The notes: a model not told the origin generated them from the letters alone. Counted from the first letter of the stretch, positions 12,701 through 27,700 are shown. The stretch is DNA of 64,000 nucleotides from Amoebophrya sp. A120 (GCA_905178155.1 CAJINV010000008.1:434001-498000), one strand, 5' to 3'. A program made the numbers and translations.

Positions 12701-15700
12701 TACACGAGGGCCTTGAACATCTTGAGCACGCAACAAAGTATGGAATCGTACAGCCCAGCAAATGGATTTTTGGCTTTGCTGCTCTCGCTCGATTTGTTCG
12801 TTGAACTTCTGACATCCAGCTGCTGTCCGCTACTCGCAGCCTGAGGCTCCAGATTAGAGGTTGTCGTTCCGGAAGTTGAACTGCTGGCGCGCTGGTGCGC
12901 GGCGCTGGCAGCCTGTCCTGGTTGATCTGAAGCCTGGCCCGTCGTTCCGGTCGCCGACTCGGGGACCGCCGAGGTCGGTTCTTCGACCACCTCAATGGGC
13001 GGGTTTGGCAGATTGCACAGGTAATAGAGCAACGCGTAGAGGGCCTCGCAGAAGTCGGTTTCCTTGACTAAGCGGATGCGGTCGCGCACGTCAGATATTT
13101 GGACGATTTTCTCCACCAGCTGCAGTGTCATGGCCTGGATGTACACGATTTGCTCGTGCGGCCAGTCGTCTCGCGATCGCTTATGCATGGTATCCGGCGC
13201 GAAATTGATCTGGTCGATGGACTTGTGGTAGAGGAACTTTATGAGGTAGTTCAATCGTTTCGCGCGCCAAATGGCCTGCACCAGGTCCCCGGACTGGTTC
13301 AGCTCGTTGTCGAGGAGAAAATCGTGCATGAATCGCACCCCGGCTTCAATCAGTTCCCTCCCTCCACGGTGGCACATCTCCAGCACATTGTCGATTAGAA
13401 ACTCGTGCGCGTAGTCCTTCAGGCCCAGGGAACCGAGTACCCTGATGTTCTTGTAGGTCGCGATCACAATGTGCAGCATCATCCGGCGCAAAACGGGCGC
13501 GTCAGGTGTGGTACACTGCACCGCCAGGTACACGTACCCGTTCAGCGTGCCGTACTGCGCAAACGCATCGTAGATATCCTGAAAGTTGATGATGCTGTTC
13601 CCGTAGAACTCGATCCATTTTTGCACCACCTCCCGCCGGTTCTCGTGGCTGGACCGAGCCAGACCCAAAAACGGCCGGATGTCTGGCGTGGTGCGGATCA
13701 GCATTTGCAGCAAGTCGAAGTTCAAGTCCGTTGTCAACGCAGAGAACAACTTCGCGAGGAGCAGTACCCTCGCATGCGTTGCCATCGGGCTCATCATGCT
13801 ATCCACAATCTCCGGGAGCATGGCTCCCTTCAAGAGGTACATGCGACTTCGGTACTGCCCCTTCTCGACAAACTCCAGGATAATCTTGATGCTGGCGATG
13901 CAGAGCTCCTCCTTTGTGCCCCGCAGAATTTGCTTCCAGATCTTGTTCATGTCGATCTGCATCAGGATCTGGCAGGTCTCGTCGTAGGACTTTATCCCTC
14001 GGCCCTCTAAGAGACTCTCGAGCGCGCGGCAGGCCTTAATGCGGAGCGGCAGCGAAATTGCCTCGCAGATGTAGTACACACAGAGGTTTACAAATTTCTT
14101 GCGCATCGTCGCGAACGCTTTGTACTCGTAGAGTTCCGCCATCGTGGGCAGAATTTGGTTCAGGCACTCCGTCGCGACGACGAGCGCGGGGGCCGAATAG
14201 CGGTACTCTTCTATCAGCTTGTAAGCCATATCCAGCGTGTAGTCGAGCAACTTTGGTGCTTCGTCCAGCATCTTCTTCGCTTGGTGCTCGAGCAGGAAGC
14301 ACACGATGCGAACCCAGAGGAGCCGCTGATCAAAGTTGAACTGCGTGGGTTTCTCCTTAGCGGGCTCCTGCGTGCACTGCTCAGGCTCCTCCTGCTCGCT
14401 CTCGGCGTCCTTGGGATCCAGGATGCTGTCGGTTTTGTCTGTATCCAAAGCAGTTTCCGGCACCAGCGTTCCGTCCTCGTTGCGGACCATGTTTGCCGCT
14501 GCTCCGCTTGTGTTGGACGACTGCGAGGCGTTGCTGGTCCCGACATCCTTCACGACCAGGTGCGCCGGAATGGTCGCGCCCTTCGCCGCCTCTTTGGGGA
14601 GCTGGCAGTTGGTTGACAACATCTTGTCCACGTCGAAGTGCTTCGTGATTTCCCCCGTATCCGGATCGATCTTGGTCAGCATGGGCGCGGTGGGGTAGTA
14701 GTTTTCGAACAGGTTCACCAACGTGAGACATACCTTGAACTCGTTCATCAGCAGCTCCTGCGATTCCGGATTTTTTATGGTGTGAAACAGGATGAGCAGT
14801 AAGCGATACCGACCCATGCTCAAGTCCCGGTTGTAGCGCTCCACGTCCGTGGACAACCCATCCATAATGCGCTTCTTCTTCTTCTTACCCTTCCCCCCGG
14901 CGCCCAGCGCCTCAAGCGGTTTCCTCGTGACGTTGACCTCGAGAAACCGCTCGTTCCTTGATCGCCAGCCCTGCGCGAACTCGATGCAGGGATGGAAGGT
15001 AATTGCCTTGGGGCTGGACCTAGCCTGCTCCAGTACCATGTACACCAAATTGAGGAAAATGCCGTTCTTCAACTCGTTCAAGCTCGGCCCGTGCATGTGA
15101 AGTGTGATAGCCTCTTTCCTGGGTAGTCTGTCCCAGGCTGTCAACGCATTCGCGATAACCGTCGAGTCATCTAAAATCGCCTGGCAGTGCTTGAAAATCT
15201 CCGGCACCACCATGCTGGTCGACACAAACTGGGAGTTTCCGTACAACGCCAGCATAAACACACAGAAGTGCTTGTCCATGGGGGACATCAGGTTTGACCG
15301 CTCTTTCAGGAAGCGAATTACTACGGGGAGCAGGTCCACCCTGGCGAACGTGTCAAACGTCTCGTCCTTGATGATTTCGGCCTGTCGTGCCTCCAGCTGC
15401 GCCTCGCGGTCGGTCAAAAAGATTGTCATCATATCAAATGTAAAAATGTCTGGGTCTGGAAGAGTCATGCTGTTTTTGCATGACACAGAAGGTCTGGCAT
15501 GAAAGCTCTAGCATCACAGGTTTCGAGAAGCTTCCGCAATGCCGAATCCGCATGACAAATCCCCTAGTTCGCTGACAGAAAGTGGGCAGCTTTTGCTACG
15601 TATGCATGAGAGACTTTTCTGTATTCTGAAATACGCATTACAAGTTGCGTTCTTCCAGACCCAGACATTTTTACATTTGATACATCAGGTAGAGGACCCA

Positions 15701-18700
15701 TCGGATCCGGTACATGCGCTGCTCAACCTCCTCCGCGTGCTTCGCGAACCCGCCTTCCTTCTGTTCGATCTTGGTTAGCTCGTTCAAAAACTGCTCGAAC
15801 CTTCGCAATGCGTTCAGGTGGGCTTTTTTCGTGTACATGACCATCTGTACCCGTTTCCCGCCGACAAAAGCGAAGTCCACCATGATCGGGAACATCAGGT
15901 CGAAGTCCACCTTGAGCAGGTCCTCGATGTTCGTCAATAGCCCAATCAAGAAGTCGTCGAGCTGCGGAAAATTTTTGTAGTTCCCGCCACCGCACGTCGC
16001 GGCCACGAGTAGCGACATACACTTGCGGATCATATGGATGTGCCCGCGGTCGGCAAGCTCTTCCAGGAACTGGCCCCACACCACGAATTCTTTTTGGAGC
16101 AAGGTGGACCGTAACAGTTTGCTACCAGTGTACTGCTGCTCAATCAGCTGTATCTTCTTCGCCTTCTTCGGCGCAGCAGTAGTAGAGGCGGGCTCGTCTT
16201 TCTTCTGCTCTCCTGCTTGCGCCACTGAACCTCCTGTCGCCGCACCGTCGGTTTTGCTATCTGTGGCGGCTTTGTTCTCTGTTGCAGCCTCTTCACCTTC
16301 TTCCGCGTTCTCGTTTTCCTCGTCCTCATCCTCCTCGGGCTCTTCCTCCTCGTCTGGCCCCATCGCCTCGATCAGCGCTTGCTCCTCCGCGGCCTCTGCC
16401 GCAAAGTCCTCGTCGGTGAGCGTGGATACCAGAACCGTGGTTGCGATCGCGACCCGATTCACGTTCAGAGGGGCGAGCAGGTTCTGCTGCAGCATCTGCT
16501 GGAACACTTTGACGAAGTGGATGTATTGATCATGCAGGTAGTGAGCCTCGGGATCCACCAGCGCGTAGGTGAGCATGCCGCAGGCAAGTTCCGGAAATTG
16601 CAGGTACTTCTCCGCCATATTCATGCACACCACGGTTTGTCGGTGCAGCTTCGCGCGGATACATATAAGCGCCGCCTTGTTCACGATGCTTCGGCTGGTC
16701 CAGCCGAGCAAAAACGGGGCCACCTGCGACAGCATGTCCGGGAGTGGCCGCTGGTAGAAGAAGGGCGTGAAGCACGGGATCGTCAGTCCGTGCAGGATGA
16801 ATTCGCTGACACATTCGAGATACAGGTCGGTCAGAACTCGCTTCGAGCGATCAATCTTGAACAGAAGCAGGTCGACGCGCTGAAAGTAGTTTTCCACTAA
16901 ATTCACACGACCGGCCAAGTCCGCCAGTTTGGTCAGCACAAACTGCCTCGCTTGTGGCGACTGGAACTCAACCGCCTCGTGCCCACGGATGTGCGGTGGC
17001 GCCTCGTCGTCGGGCAAGTAGGTCGCTTGCAGGAAGATGTGTGTGGTCATGTAAAACAAGTACTCTTCGTGGAACGCGAATTCCGAAGGTGCAATGTTAC
17101 TGTTCTTCACCAAGCTGAACCCCGTTTTCTGCATGGACTTCTCCGCGGCGACCCGACGTTGCTTTTGGTACAAGCTCTCCTTACTCCCCGCACCCAATGC
17201 GTCCTTGCGCATGTTTTGGTCTTTGTTTTTGTTTTGGTCCATCAGGTTCGCTTCGTCGCCAGCCGAGGTGTCCTGCATGTGCTGCGAGTCCATCTCGTAC
17301 AGCTGGTCGCGTTCCAGGTTGCCGAACTTGATCTTCTTTTTTTCCTGCTGTTCGCTGTTGGGCCGCACGTGTTTTTGCGGGTACAGCATGCAGTCGAGCA
17401 CCAGCTGGAAACAGTGCGTGAAGGAGAGCAGTTGCACGGCGATGTGCTTGTCACGGATCATCACGAAGAGTATGCTGATGTACAGGCACCGATCCTCCTT
17501 GCACACGCTGTTGCACAGCTGGAAGATCGCCTCGCGGTCCTCTACGGCGATCGCGTCGACGGGCTGCATCTCCTTCACGACGTGGGTGTAGACGACGTTG
17601 CGGATACTGGCCAACACCAGGCGGGACAGCACGTCCAGCTCCTTCTGCGTGATGTCTTCGTCTTCGCGCACGGCCTTCGCCAGTTCGTAATTCTGGTCCT
17701 TGACCTTCTGCGGTCGTTCCATGAACTCCGGGTCCTCGTTATCAAATGTAAAAGTGTCTGGGTCTGGAAGAATGCAACTCGTCATGCTAAATCTGAAGCA
17801 TGCAAAAATCTGTGTTGCATGATTACCAAAAGTCGTCCAGTTTTGACCAAGTCGGGAGGGAGTTGCTCATGCAGGATAGGCATGAGAGAGATCGCACAGA
17901 ATCTGTCATGCTAGGTCCTGCATTCCAGACCTCATGGGTCATGGGAAAGCTGCATGACAAATCTGACAATCTTCCAGACCCAGACATTTTTGCACTCCAT
18001 ACTCGTCTATCAGCGACAAGTCTGCGGCCGCCATGAGGTTTTTGTACAGCAGCGCAAGCCGTTTCACGCTTCCGGGCCGGGCGTGAATGCTGGTCGCCTT
18101 CAACACGGTGAGATTGTGCACGATCACGATACTGTGCCGAAACAGCACCGGGGATTCCAGACTGTCGAACACAAAGTCGTAACTCGGCTGGTCGGCCGCG
18201 ATTTGTTCAATCACTTTCGGCAGTTTGGAGAAGGTGCAAACGAGTTTGTAGTGCCACAAAAGCTGGTTCGGGTCGGTCAACATCCGTAGGTTGGCCAAAA
18301 ATTTCGGGATATTATTTAGGATATCGCCCGTTGAGGCGTTTTTGCCGCTGGTGGAGCTCAGAATTGACAAAATAACGGCCGCGATCTCGCGGCACTCGAA
18401 CGGGATGTTGTCGTTTCCGGGCCCGTATCCCGCGATCTGAAGCGTGTTCGGAAAGGTGTTGGATTGAAAAAAAAAGCCCTGCTTCACCATGCAGTAAAGC
18501 GTGCGCAGCATGGTCTCCTCAATGCACAGCCCCGCAAACCGCTTTTCGTGGCCGACGCGGTGCTCGTGCATCGAAAGCAGAGAGTACTCCAGCTTCGAGC
18601 GCTCCACCCGCGACCAGTCGATCATGGCGCCCTCCGTTTTCTTGTCCTCGTGGCTGAAGAGTGTCGAGAAGGTTAAGAGCATGGACTCGAACAATTTCGT

Positions 18701-21700
18701 CTTCCACTTCGCGTGGTTCTCGATGAACCTCGGCGTGTCCACCAGCCTGTTGGTGCAAGCGACCAAAAATTCGATCAGCAAGAACAAGTCTAGGCTGTGC
18801 ATCACGCGATCTATTATCGTCTCGAGCTGCAGCCTCTCGGTTTCGGTGGTCATGATGTTTCCCTTGCCGCTCGAGAACCCCGCGGAACTGTAGGCCGTGC
18901 TGGTATTGTGGTTGGTGCCCGCTGTCGCGCTCGAACTTGACAACTGCGCCGTGGCGGAGAGCTGCTGGGAGCCCGACTGCCCTTCGGCTGCGCCGGCCGC
19001 CTTGCTCTTCACCACCGGCTCCTTTACGGTTTTCTCCTTGCTGGGACTGGCGCCAACCGTGCCCGCCAGGGACGACGTGGCGGTCTGCACGGAGACCGTC
19101 ATTCGGTTGTAGATGTCGACCATGATCTTTTCGTGGTCAATCCCGATGGTCGCCACGTTTCGGATGACGCGCACGAAAGCATCCAGCACATCGATGTACT
19201 CGTCCGCGGACGAGACCCCGTCGTACGTCCCGAATACGCTGCTAAAGGTTTTTCTCAGCAGCGGAACCAACGATGCGTTATTCAGCACGATGGTCGTCAA
19301 CGTGGGGATCCGGTAAGTTAACAGGTTGCTGATGATTTGCAACACTGCCAAAATTAGTTTCGACCGGTCGAAGTTCTGCAGCTTCATCGAGAAGCACTCC
19401 CCGAGCAAGTACAGGCACTGTGTGAACAACCTCGGAATCCCCTCGGTTTCGTTCAGAACCAGGCAGCGCTTCACCAGGTTGGGGTCCTTCGCCTGTTCCG
19501 CGACCGATTTGTCGTCCGCCGTGGCGGTCTGGGTCGGCAGCGCGACTTGGTCGAGATTGCAGACGTCTTTCTCGGTGATTAGATGCTGGATTCGCTCGTA
19601 CTCCCGCAGAATTGCGTCCTTCTGGTAGTACAGTTGCTGCGAAATCGTGTAGACCGCCAACATCTGCGTGTTTGGGTTGTCGGCCTGATTCAAAGCATCG
19701 AAAAGGACCCGGAGGTAGACTGGATCAAGCAGGGAGTAATACTGCGGCATGTCGCTCGTCACGTGGTGCAGCACCCCGTGCGCGTCCTTGTGTTTCAGCT
19801 GACAGTAATCCTGGAACGTCGCCGTGAGTGTGATGTACTGGACGGCTTCGGTCAAAATTCTCGTTCTCAAGTGGTGGTAGCGGTAGACCACCTCCGGCAA
19901 AAATTGTCTGGCTTCGTGGTGCAGGACTAGCTTGTCCTGGCAGCCCCAGCGCCAGAACTCGATCTTGTCCAAGTTCTTCGGCTGCTCCTGCAGGGCGTTG
20001 TGTTGCGGCATTTTCTTCGGGTTCATGCCCACGAAGAGCGACTGCGAGAGATTGGCTCGCAGGCATATGACCACATTCTCCAGTACCTGATTCCAGTTGC
20101 AGTCCTTGATGTGAACCGCCAGCGGAGTCATACCTTCGCCGCTCGCACGAACCGAAGACTTGAAGGAGTCCAGGTCCGCGTTGGTGCTTTGTTTCACCTC
20201 GGAGTAGGGGTCCACGACGTCCTCCAATTGATACACCTCCAGCACCGTGCGGTTTACCGCCGTGCACATTTTGTAGTAGATTTCTGAGCGCAGAACGTAG
20301 TTGAACATGCTGTCAGTCAGCGGCTGCGTGCCGATCTCCCGCAGCAGCTGTGATAACCCGGTGAGAACCCGCACATCCCGCGAGAGAAAGTACGCCACAC
20401 GCCGCCGCGTGGCGAGATCCGTGTGCGCGAACTCCTTCATGTCCACCAGTGGGGGTTTGTCGTCCGGGTTGTCGCTGTCCTCGAAGGACTTGTCTTCGAA
20501 CATGCCATTGTCGCTGCGCTGCACGGGCTCGTCAACAAGCGGTTTGCCGGTTTCGGGATCGGTTGTCGTGTACAGACTCCCGATTCCGAGCGGGAAAAGG
20601 CGGACGTAGAGAAACTCGAGAATGTTCAGCACCATGGACACCACGTATTCCTTGTTCATGGGTTGGGACTTCACCAAAACAGGTCCGTCTGCGTACTGCT
20701 CGCCCCATCCGAAATGGTTCCAGGACGAAAAGAACAATGAGTTGACGATCTGCAGCATCGCTAGGGTCAAGTTCAGCAGTTCCGCATCGCAGGCGGTTTG
20801 GTTCAGCAGATGTTGCTTGATCCGGTGCGCCCGCTTGGGACTGAGGTTTTCCATGTCCGCGAGAAGGTCGTCCTTCTGCAGATTGCGCTGCCGAAACTGC
20901 TCTTTCGTCACTTCGGAGTACACCTGGATGAATTTGTGCCTCAGCGCCGAGCACAGCATCAACACGTTGCTCTGTTCGAAGATGGTCTTGGACAGTTTTG
21001 GGCTGGCGTGCGCGAGCACTTGAACGAAGAAGACTAGGTTGTAGTGCCGCAGCAGCTTCGTCTCTGCGGGGAAGTTTGCGTCCTTCTCGGCTAACACGCC
21101 GAGACCGCGGTGTCGGGCCATGCGGAACTTCTCGAGCTGTAGCTGGCGGATGCGGTCCTGCTCGGCGTCCTTGGCTTTTGCGGTGTCCGCCACGACCCAC
21201 TCGCCGTCGCGCATGACGCAGGCGACCACCATGGAGAAGCAGAGAAAGTAGTTCAGCCGGAGTTCCAGCTCCTTCACGATCTGGTCCGGAAACATCAGGG
21301 TGATGTTCGTGAACGCGCGCATGCTGCGGTTCACGGTCGACATGGATTCCGAGTAGACGATCAGGTAGACAATCAAGTGCAGAAAGTTGTCACAACACGC
21401 CTGGGTCAGCTCCGCCATGTTGAACACGCAGCAGTGGTCAAAAATTGTCGCGAAGTACTCCACCTCCTCAGGGTTCACTGCAGTGCTGTTTCGCGTCACC
21501 TGATCCTCGAGCTGTTTGCAGTACTGCAAAAAGTCCGCGCACTGGATCAGATCGATGCAAACGGTTTTCTCAATCGAGAGCGCGCACAGCAACCGCGCGG
21601 CCACCAACCGGATGTCTTTGAATGGCAGGTGCAACAGCATGGACAGCAACGGCACCATCTGCATGTGCGCCAGGGCGGTCACGCCATAGGGGGTGCTAGC

Positions 21701-24700
21701 GACCATGGTCAGCAGTCTGCACATGATCCGAAAAGTTCGCAGCGCCCGGTCGTATTTTATCCTCCAGTCGCGCTTCACCTCGAGGGGCTCTTTTGTGTCA
21801 GCCTCCTCTGGTGGCTTTGTCCCATACTTCGCCTCGTAAATCTTGTAGAAGACGCAGTGCTGGTGTAACCTGGCCTTGAAATAGTCGATGAACACGTCGT
21901 GGCGAAGGATGTCCATCACTTCGGCCTCAACGTTCACCGCGTAACTTAAGATGTGGAGAAGCGAATCCAGTCCCGGCGCGACCGGGTGGACGAGCGAGAG
22001 CCCGACAGGTGTGATGGGCGTGAGCACGGATTTCACGGCCTCCGCCATCTGCTGGTTGTTCTTAAATTTGCCCGCGCCAGGACGTGTGCCTGAAGATAAG
22101 TTTCGGTTTATTCTTTTACGCAATTTTCGAACGTGCTCTGCGTTCTGAAAAAGTCTCATTCTCAACTCTAATCTCAATTTATCATTTGATGATGATGAAA
22201 CAAGACCGACTACTCTAGAAGTATGTCTGAAGCAAAACAAAAACGACGACCAGCTTGAGTTTCACTAGTACCTGGCTTTGTGGGAGATGACCCCATTTGG
22301 GCTTTGGAGCCCGTCCTTGAGTCTGCTGTTCCATCTTCGAGCATTTCTACGTCCTGGTCGTTGGCCGTCGGTATCCCCGACTGGGCGCCCACCGGATAGT
22401 CCCAGTCACGCACAAACTGCTTCGCTGTGACGTTGTTCATGCCGGTCATGTCCATCACCAGTTCCGAATCCTTGATTCCCGGCTGGTCCTTCCCCTTTGC
22501 GCGCTTCTTGTAGGGGTTGATGGGCACCAGCCCCAACGCGCTGCACACGGTTCGCGCGACGTTCGCGGCTCCCATCCCTCGGTGGTCAATGGGCAACGAG
22601 GTCAAGAAATCGCTGTGGTAGAGTTCCCCCGTCTTGTGCGTGAACGTGGGGTCGAACCGCCCTACCTCTTTCTGGTCCTCGGTCCACGTCGCCGGCTTGA
22701 ACCGGGACACCTGCCGAGCCTCGCCCGGACTCCCCACCGCCTCGTCGTAGACGCGCGGAGTCTTTCCGGTCATTTTATTCCGTCCGCTTGGACTGGCATT
22801 GCCGTCCTCGTCTTCGAGTTCGGCCGGCCCGCCGCGCTCCAGCCGGCGCTGGATGTTCTGGTAGCGCTGGAATTCCAGAGCAATCTTCCCAAGAAACCCT
22901 TGCGCGTACCACTTCGACCAGAACTTGCCACCCTGCGGGGTCCGCAACAGCAAGCTCATCAAATGCGACGTGGAGTGCAGCAAATCTTCAGACTTTTTCG
23001 CGTCCTCGAACAGTAACTGCACGAAGCCGTCGAGCTCCGAAGACAACAGCAGTTGCTCCACCAAAATTGGGTATTTGGTGATCAGCGCCGTACTTCGCAC
23101 GGCCATTTCGTACAAAACGTCCTCTTGCTCTTTGTTCGGGGATTTCCTTCGCTTTACCGCGGCTGCCTGCCACAACTTCGGGATCAGCTGCACGTTCTCC
23201 CAGAGCTCCGCGTCATTGCACGCGATCGTCAGGAAGTAGCAGGCCTCGAACGCGCGCACCTGCACTTCGAACTGGTCGTGGAAGTCGATCAACTTGAGCA
23301 GAATGACCAGCACCTCGCGGTTCGTGAACTTGTACCGCAACTCCGCCGGCGCCATGCTCATGCGGTGCAGCGTTTCGATCAGGAGCACGCGAATCTCCGG
23401 AATGTGGAAGTGGGTTTCCGCGATTTTGCTGATGAACAAGAAACACGCGCGGTCCGGCTCGATGTTGGCCGGGTCATTGTTGATGTACAGCAGGTTTGCG
23501 GTCAGCAAAATGTACTTTTCCAGCGAATTGTCAATGTTCTCGTGGTCCAGGTAGTACTGCGACATCGCCTTGAAAATCTTGCCCGCAACGTGCTGCTGCC
23601 GGGCCAGATTCGCGAGCGTCGAAAACACCACACGCCGCAGCTCTGCGGTGACGACTGACGAGGGCACCAGTTCGACGTAGAAGTCGAGAATTTTCGGTTC
23701 CTGCAGGATCGCGCCGTGGCACTCGGCAGTGCAAGAGAGGTTGTGGCGCGTATGGATTGCAAAAATGCCTGGGTCTGGAAGATTCCGGGGTTTGTGATGC
23801 ATATTTTGTATGATCCATGTAATGCATGATCTAGCATCACAGATTTTTAGAGGGCTTCCTGATGCCTATTCCGCATGAGAAATTCCCTCTCCGCGTAACA
23901 CAAACTGGACTCCTGTTGCTCGTCACGCAATACAGAACTTTTTGGAATCCAAAGACAGCATGACAAGTTGCAATCTTCCAGACCCAAACATTTGTGCAAT
24001 CCATAGAGCGAGAGCAAACACAGGTGGAAACACTCCTGGTACAGCTGCATGGAGTCCTCCGTGCCCGCCGTTGGGGCGTCCAGATGCTTGCCGGTCTCGT
24101 GCGGGTCGTTTACCCCGTAGCCCTCGATGTCGATGCCCATGCCCTTCGCGATGCGCTGATTTTCCACCACGATCGGGTCCAGCTCCTCGTCGTCGCCGAG
24201 GTCGTCGTCCTCGATCATTTCCTCCTCCAGAATGTCCTCCACCGTGTGCATGGGCGCGGCGTCCTCGAGCGGCGCCGGGACGTCCACGCGGCGGAACAGC
24301 AAAGCGAGCGGGCGCTGCTGGAACAGCGGCACGATCTCGTCCTGCCGCAGCCCGTGCACGGGCTGGTTGTTGATCGTGATCAGCGCGTGGCTCTCCGCCA
24401 TCAGACTGGATTCGTAGCGCTGCGCGGGGGTACCGTCGATCACGCCCAGAAAGATGGGTGGGTCCAGCCAACGAAGCTTTATTCCCAGGGGGGCTCGGTC
24501 CGTCTCCTTGAACGTGATCGTCGACTCGTACAGCGGCGGCGCGTGCGCCAGCTCGCGCTGTTTCGCCAGCTTGCGCATTCGCAGCTCCTGGCGCCGCTTC
24601 GCGTACTCCTCGCGGCGCTTCTTGTCGCGCTTCGCCTTCTCGTCGGCGGGTTTCGTGAACACGCCGTGGAGAAAGGTGTAGGAGTACTGCAGCGTGTCGG

Positions 24701-27700
24701 CAAGGAACGCGATCACGTGCTCGCTGTTCAACAGTCGGTGCATCTCCTGGAAGTGCGTGGTCAGGTTTGCGAGGGCGCGGTTCATCTCCAGGATCACCTG
24801 GAACTGCTCCACAAAGTACAGCCGGCCCGCGAGGTTGGTGAACAGGCGGAGCATCCCGGACTTGATCACGAAGTCCAGGCACTCCACGTGCACGCAGCAG
24901 TTCGCAAGGAACCCGATCAGGTTCCGCCGCACGAAAATCTGGTTGCCGGTCAGCAGCGGAAACATGAACGCGGTGTCCATGTCTTTGATCATTTCCGCGT
25001 CCTTGCTCCGGATCCAGTGCGCGAACATGTTGGAGGCCAGCATGGTCAAAACCTCCTGAACCGCGTCCATGCGCATCTGAATCATGCGAACCACGACTTT
25101 CGGATCGTCGATCACGAACGGCGCGAAGTAGGACAAGGCCGCGACCGTCTCCAGGCCGATCCCCGCCATTTCCACGCCGACGCCCATCTCGATGCACCGC
25201 CCGATCAGCTTCATGATCTGCCGCACTTTGGATTGCAGGTTTCCCATCGTGGGGAAGGAGAGAGCCAGCGCCTCGGGCACGACAACCGACGGGTCTGCCG
25301 GGGGCACCAGGTCGGAGACGCCCGACGTTTTCTTTTTCTTCAAGCCGAGCTTCTGGTCTGCGCGCTGCGGCTTCTTGTCCATGTGCCGCGTGACGGACTC
25401 GATCTCGTACTGCGTGGGGCGCTTATCGAAGTTCTGCACCCGGATGCGCTCGCCGGCGGGGATACTCGGCAGAGGCGCCCGGTGCGCCATCTCGCCCTGC
25501 GCAAAGTCCGCACGCGCGCACATGCTGTTGTGCACCATGACGAAGGTGCACTTACTATCCTGAGTAAAAACGTACCCACACCAGAGTTGTAATGCAAATC
25601 TGCATGCTGAAAATGTTTCTCATGCGGAGCTCCATGAGAAGCATTTTCTAGTCGTGTTTTGCAATTTGTCATGCTCCAATCAGCATGGTATGCTAGATCT
25701 GTGATGCTGCTGAGCTAGCTGAAACAGCACTATACTACGAATCCAAATTTGTCATGCAAAACAGCCAAAACTTGTGGATTTGTCTAGCCGATTCCCCATC
25801 TTGACTCTGGTGTGGGTACGTTTTTACTCAGGATACTTACTGATGTACTCCTGTACCTCGTTCAGCATGATTAAGCCCTCGCGCTCCGCGAGCTTCTTCG
25901 GGTTTTGCGGTTCGGCCTCGTCCGTGATCCCCAGCCGCTCCTCCTCCTCCTTCTCCTCGCGCACCTCCTCCATCTGCTGCCGGACCGCGCGGGCGAACTG
26001 CAGAATCACTTCGATGTTCAGGGAGCCGAGCAAGTGGCCCGCGATCGTGGTCATGAACTCCGCGTTGTTGCGGGACAAGCCGCCCTCTTGGCTGTCGCCC
26101 TCACCCTCCTTCGACAGCCACTTGGCCATGGGGTCTTTCTCCTTTTTCTGCATCCGGTCGCCGGTGACCGGGTCGAACCGCAGCTTCATCTCGTGCACCA
26201 GGTTCACGATCACGCAGAGCGCCATCAAGTACTTGTTGAAGGACAAAGCGGTGGCCGTGACTTTGGTGGTGTCCCGCGTCAGCAGCGCCTTCTTGTACTT
26301 CGAGTTCAGCTGACTGGTGTCGAAGGTCTGCTGGAACCGGCGGCAGTAGTCCATGAACAGGTTCATCAGCGGGGCGGCGTTAGACAGCAGCGGCTTCATG
26401 CCCAGGTCGTCACTCAACCGCGTCATCAGCGAATAGGAAAACACCTCCGCGAAGGCGTCGGACGCGCCCTGCACACCAAACAGCACGGTGGGGACCATGT
26501 TGTTCTGGTTCACAGCCTGCTTCAAATGCGGGAAGTACTCCCGGTCACTCGCGCAAATGCACATGACGCGCAGCACGTGCCGGTACACGAAGGAACTCGG
26601 CAGCGTGCCAACCAGGGACAGGAAGGACTCGCAATCCAAGCGGTTCGACTGCAGCTCGTCGCTGGTCAGGCTGGGGCGGTAGGCCCGTTGCAGGGCTTTC
26701 AGACCTGTCGTGCCGTAGTGGTACGCCTGGTCGATGTCGCCGGCAGGCAGGCGCAGCAACGACACAAAGAGCTGCACGCGGGTCGCCGGGAAGAGCAGTG
26801 ACCGGAGGAAGAACTTGTACTGGGTGGGACTGCTTGCGAGCTGACTGATCCCGTACACGGAACAGATCAGCAAGTCGACGCACATCTGCCCGTTGAGCCC
26901 GGAGCCCGCGAGCGTGATGAACATCAAAAACGTCTCGACCAAGTTGTACTCCACGAACTTGTCATGGTGTTTTGGGTCGGACTGGGTCAGCTCCGCGAGC
27001 AGACCGCACAGAATCGCGACCGTTCCGTAGAAATGCTCCGTGCGCTTTTCCTCCGTGGTGCTGTTGATCACGACGTGGATGATGTTCATCAGCTCCGGCA
27101 GGTTGACGATCACGCGACTGCGAAACTCCCGACTGCGCGAGATGGACAGCAACGCGGACAAGCAGCGGAACCCGACGTGCTCGTTGCTGCTCCCGATTCG
27201 GTGGAAGGAGAGGAGTAACGGAATGCTGTCCATGTTGATGGGGTCCTTCAGCAAATTCGCAATCACGCGATGCACGCCGTGCAGCATCTCCGCGAAGAAG
27301 AGCAGGATGGATTCGCCACTTGCCTTGTCGATCTGCTCGCTGTGCAAGAGGTTGTAAAGCAGCTGCGGCACGTTGTAGCTGATCAGCCGCTCCTGCACCT
27401 CCGTGTCGTGCTCGAGGGAGATCAAAGCGAAGCAGTGGATGATGCACCGGGTGATAAACGGGTCGTGCGGGGTCAACATCCCCACCTCGGACTCCTCTTT
27501 TCGTTTCTGGATCCGCGACATCTTCTTCATGCTCTCGGACACGCCCTTCTTCACCGTGGGCAGTAACTGCGCCAAAACCTCCACGTAGTTCTCCTCGATG
27601 TTTTTTTCCGCGTGCTTCCCGAGGAAGATCTCGCGGTTCGACTTGTACTCCAGGAGGTTTTGCAGACAAAACACACCCAGCTGCTTCAAGTCGACTTGAT

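Noticed and set aside
23994-25592. Long plus-strand ORFs (532 aa here; also 31777-32916, 16952-17914, 25905-26801)
   Set aside because: They are antisense shadows of GC3-rich minus-strand exons with no recognisable motifs.
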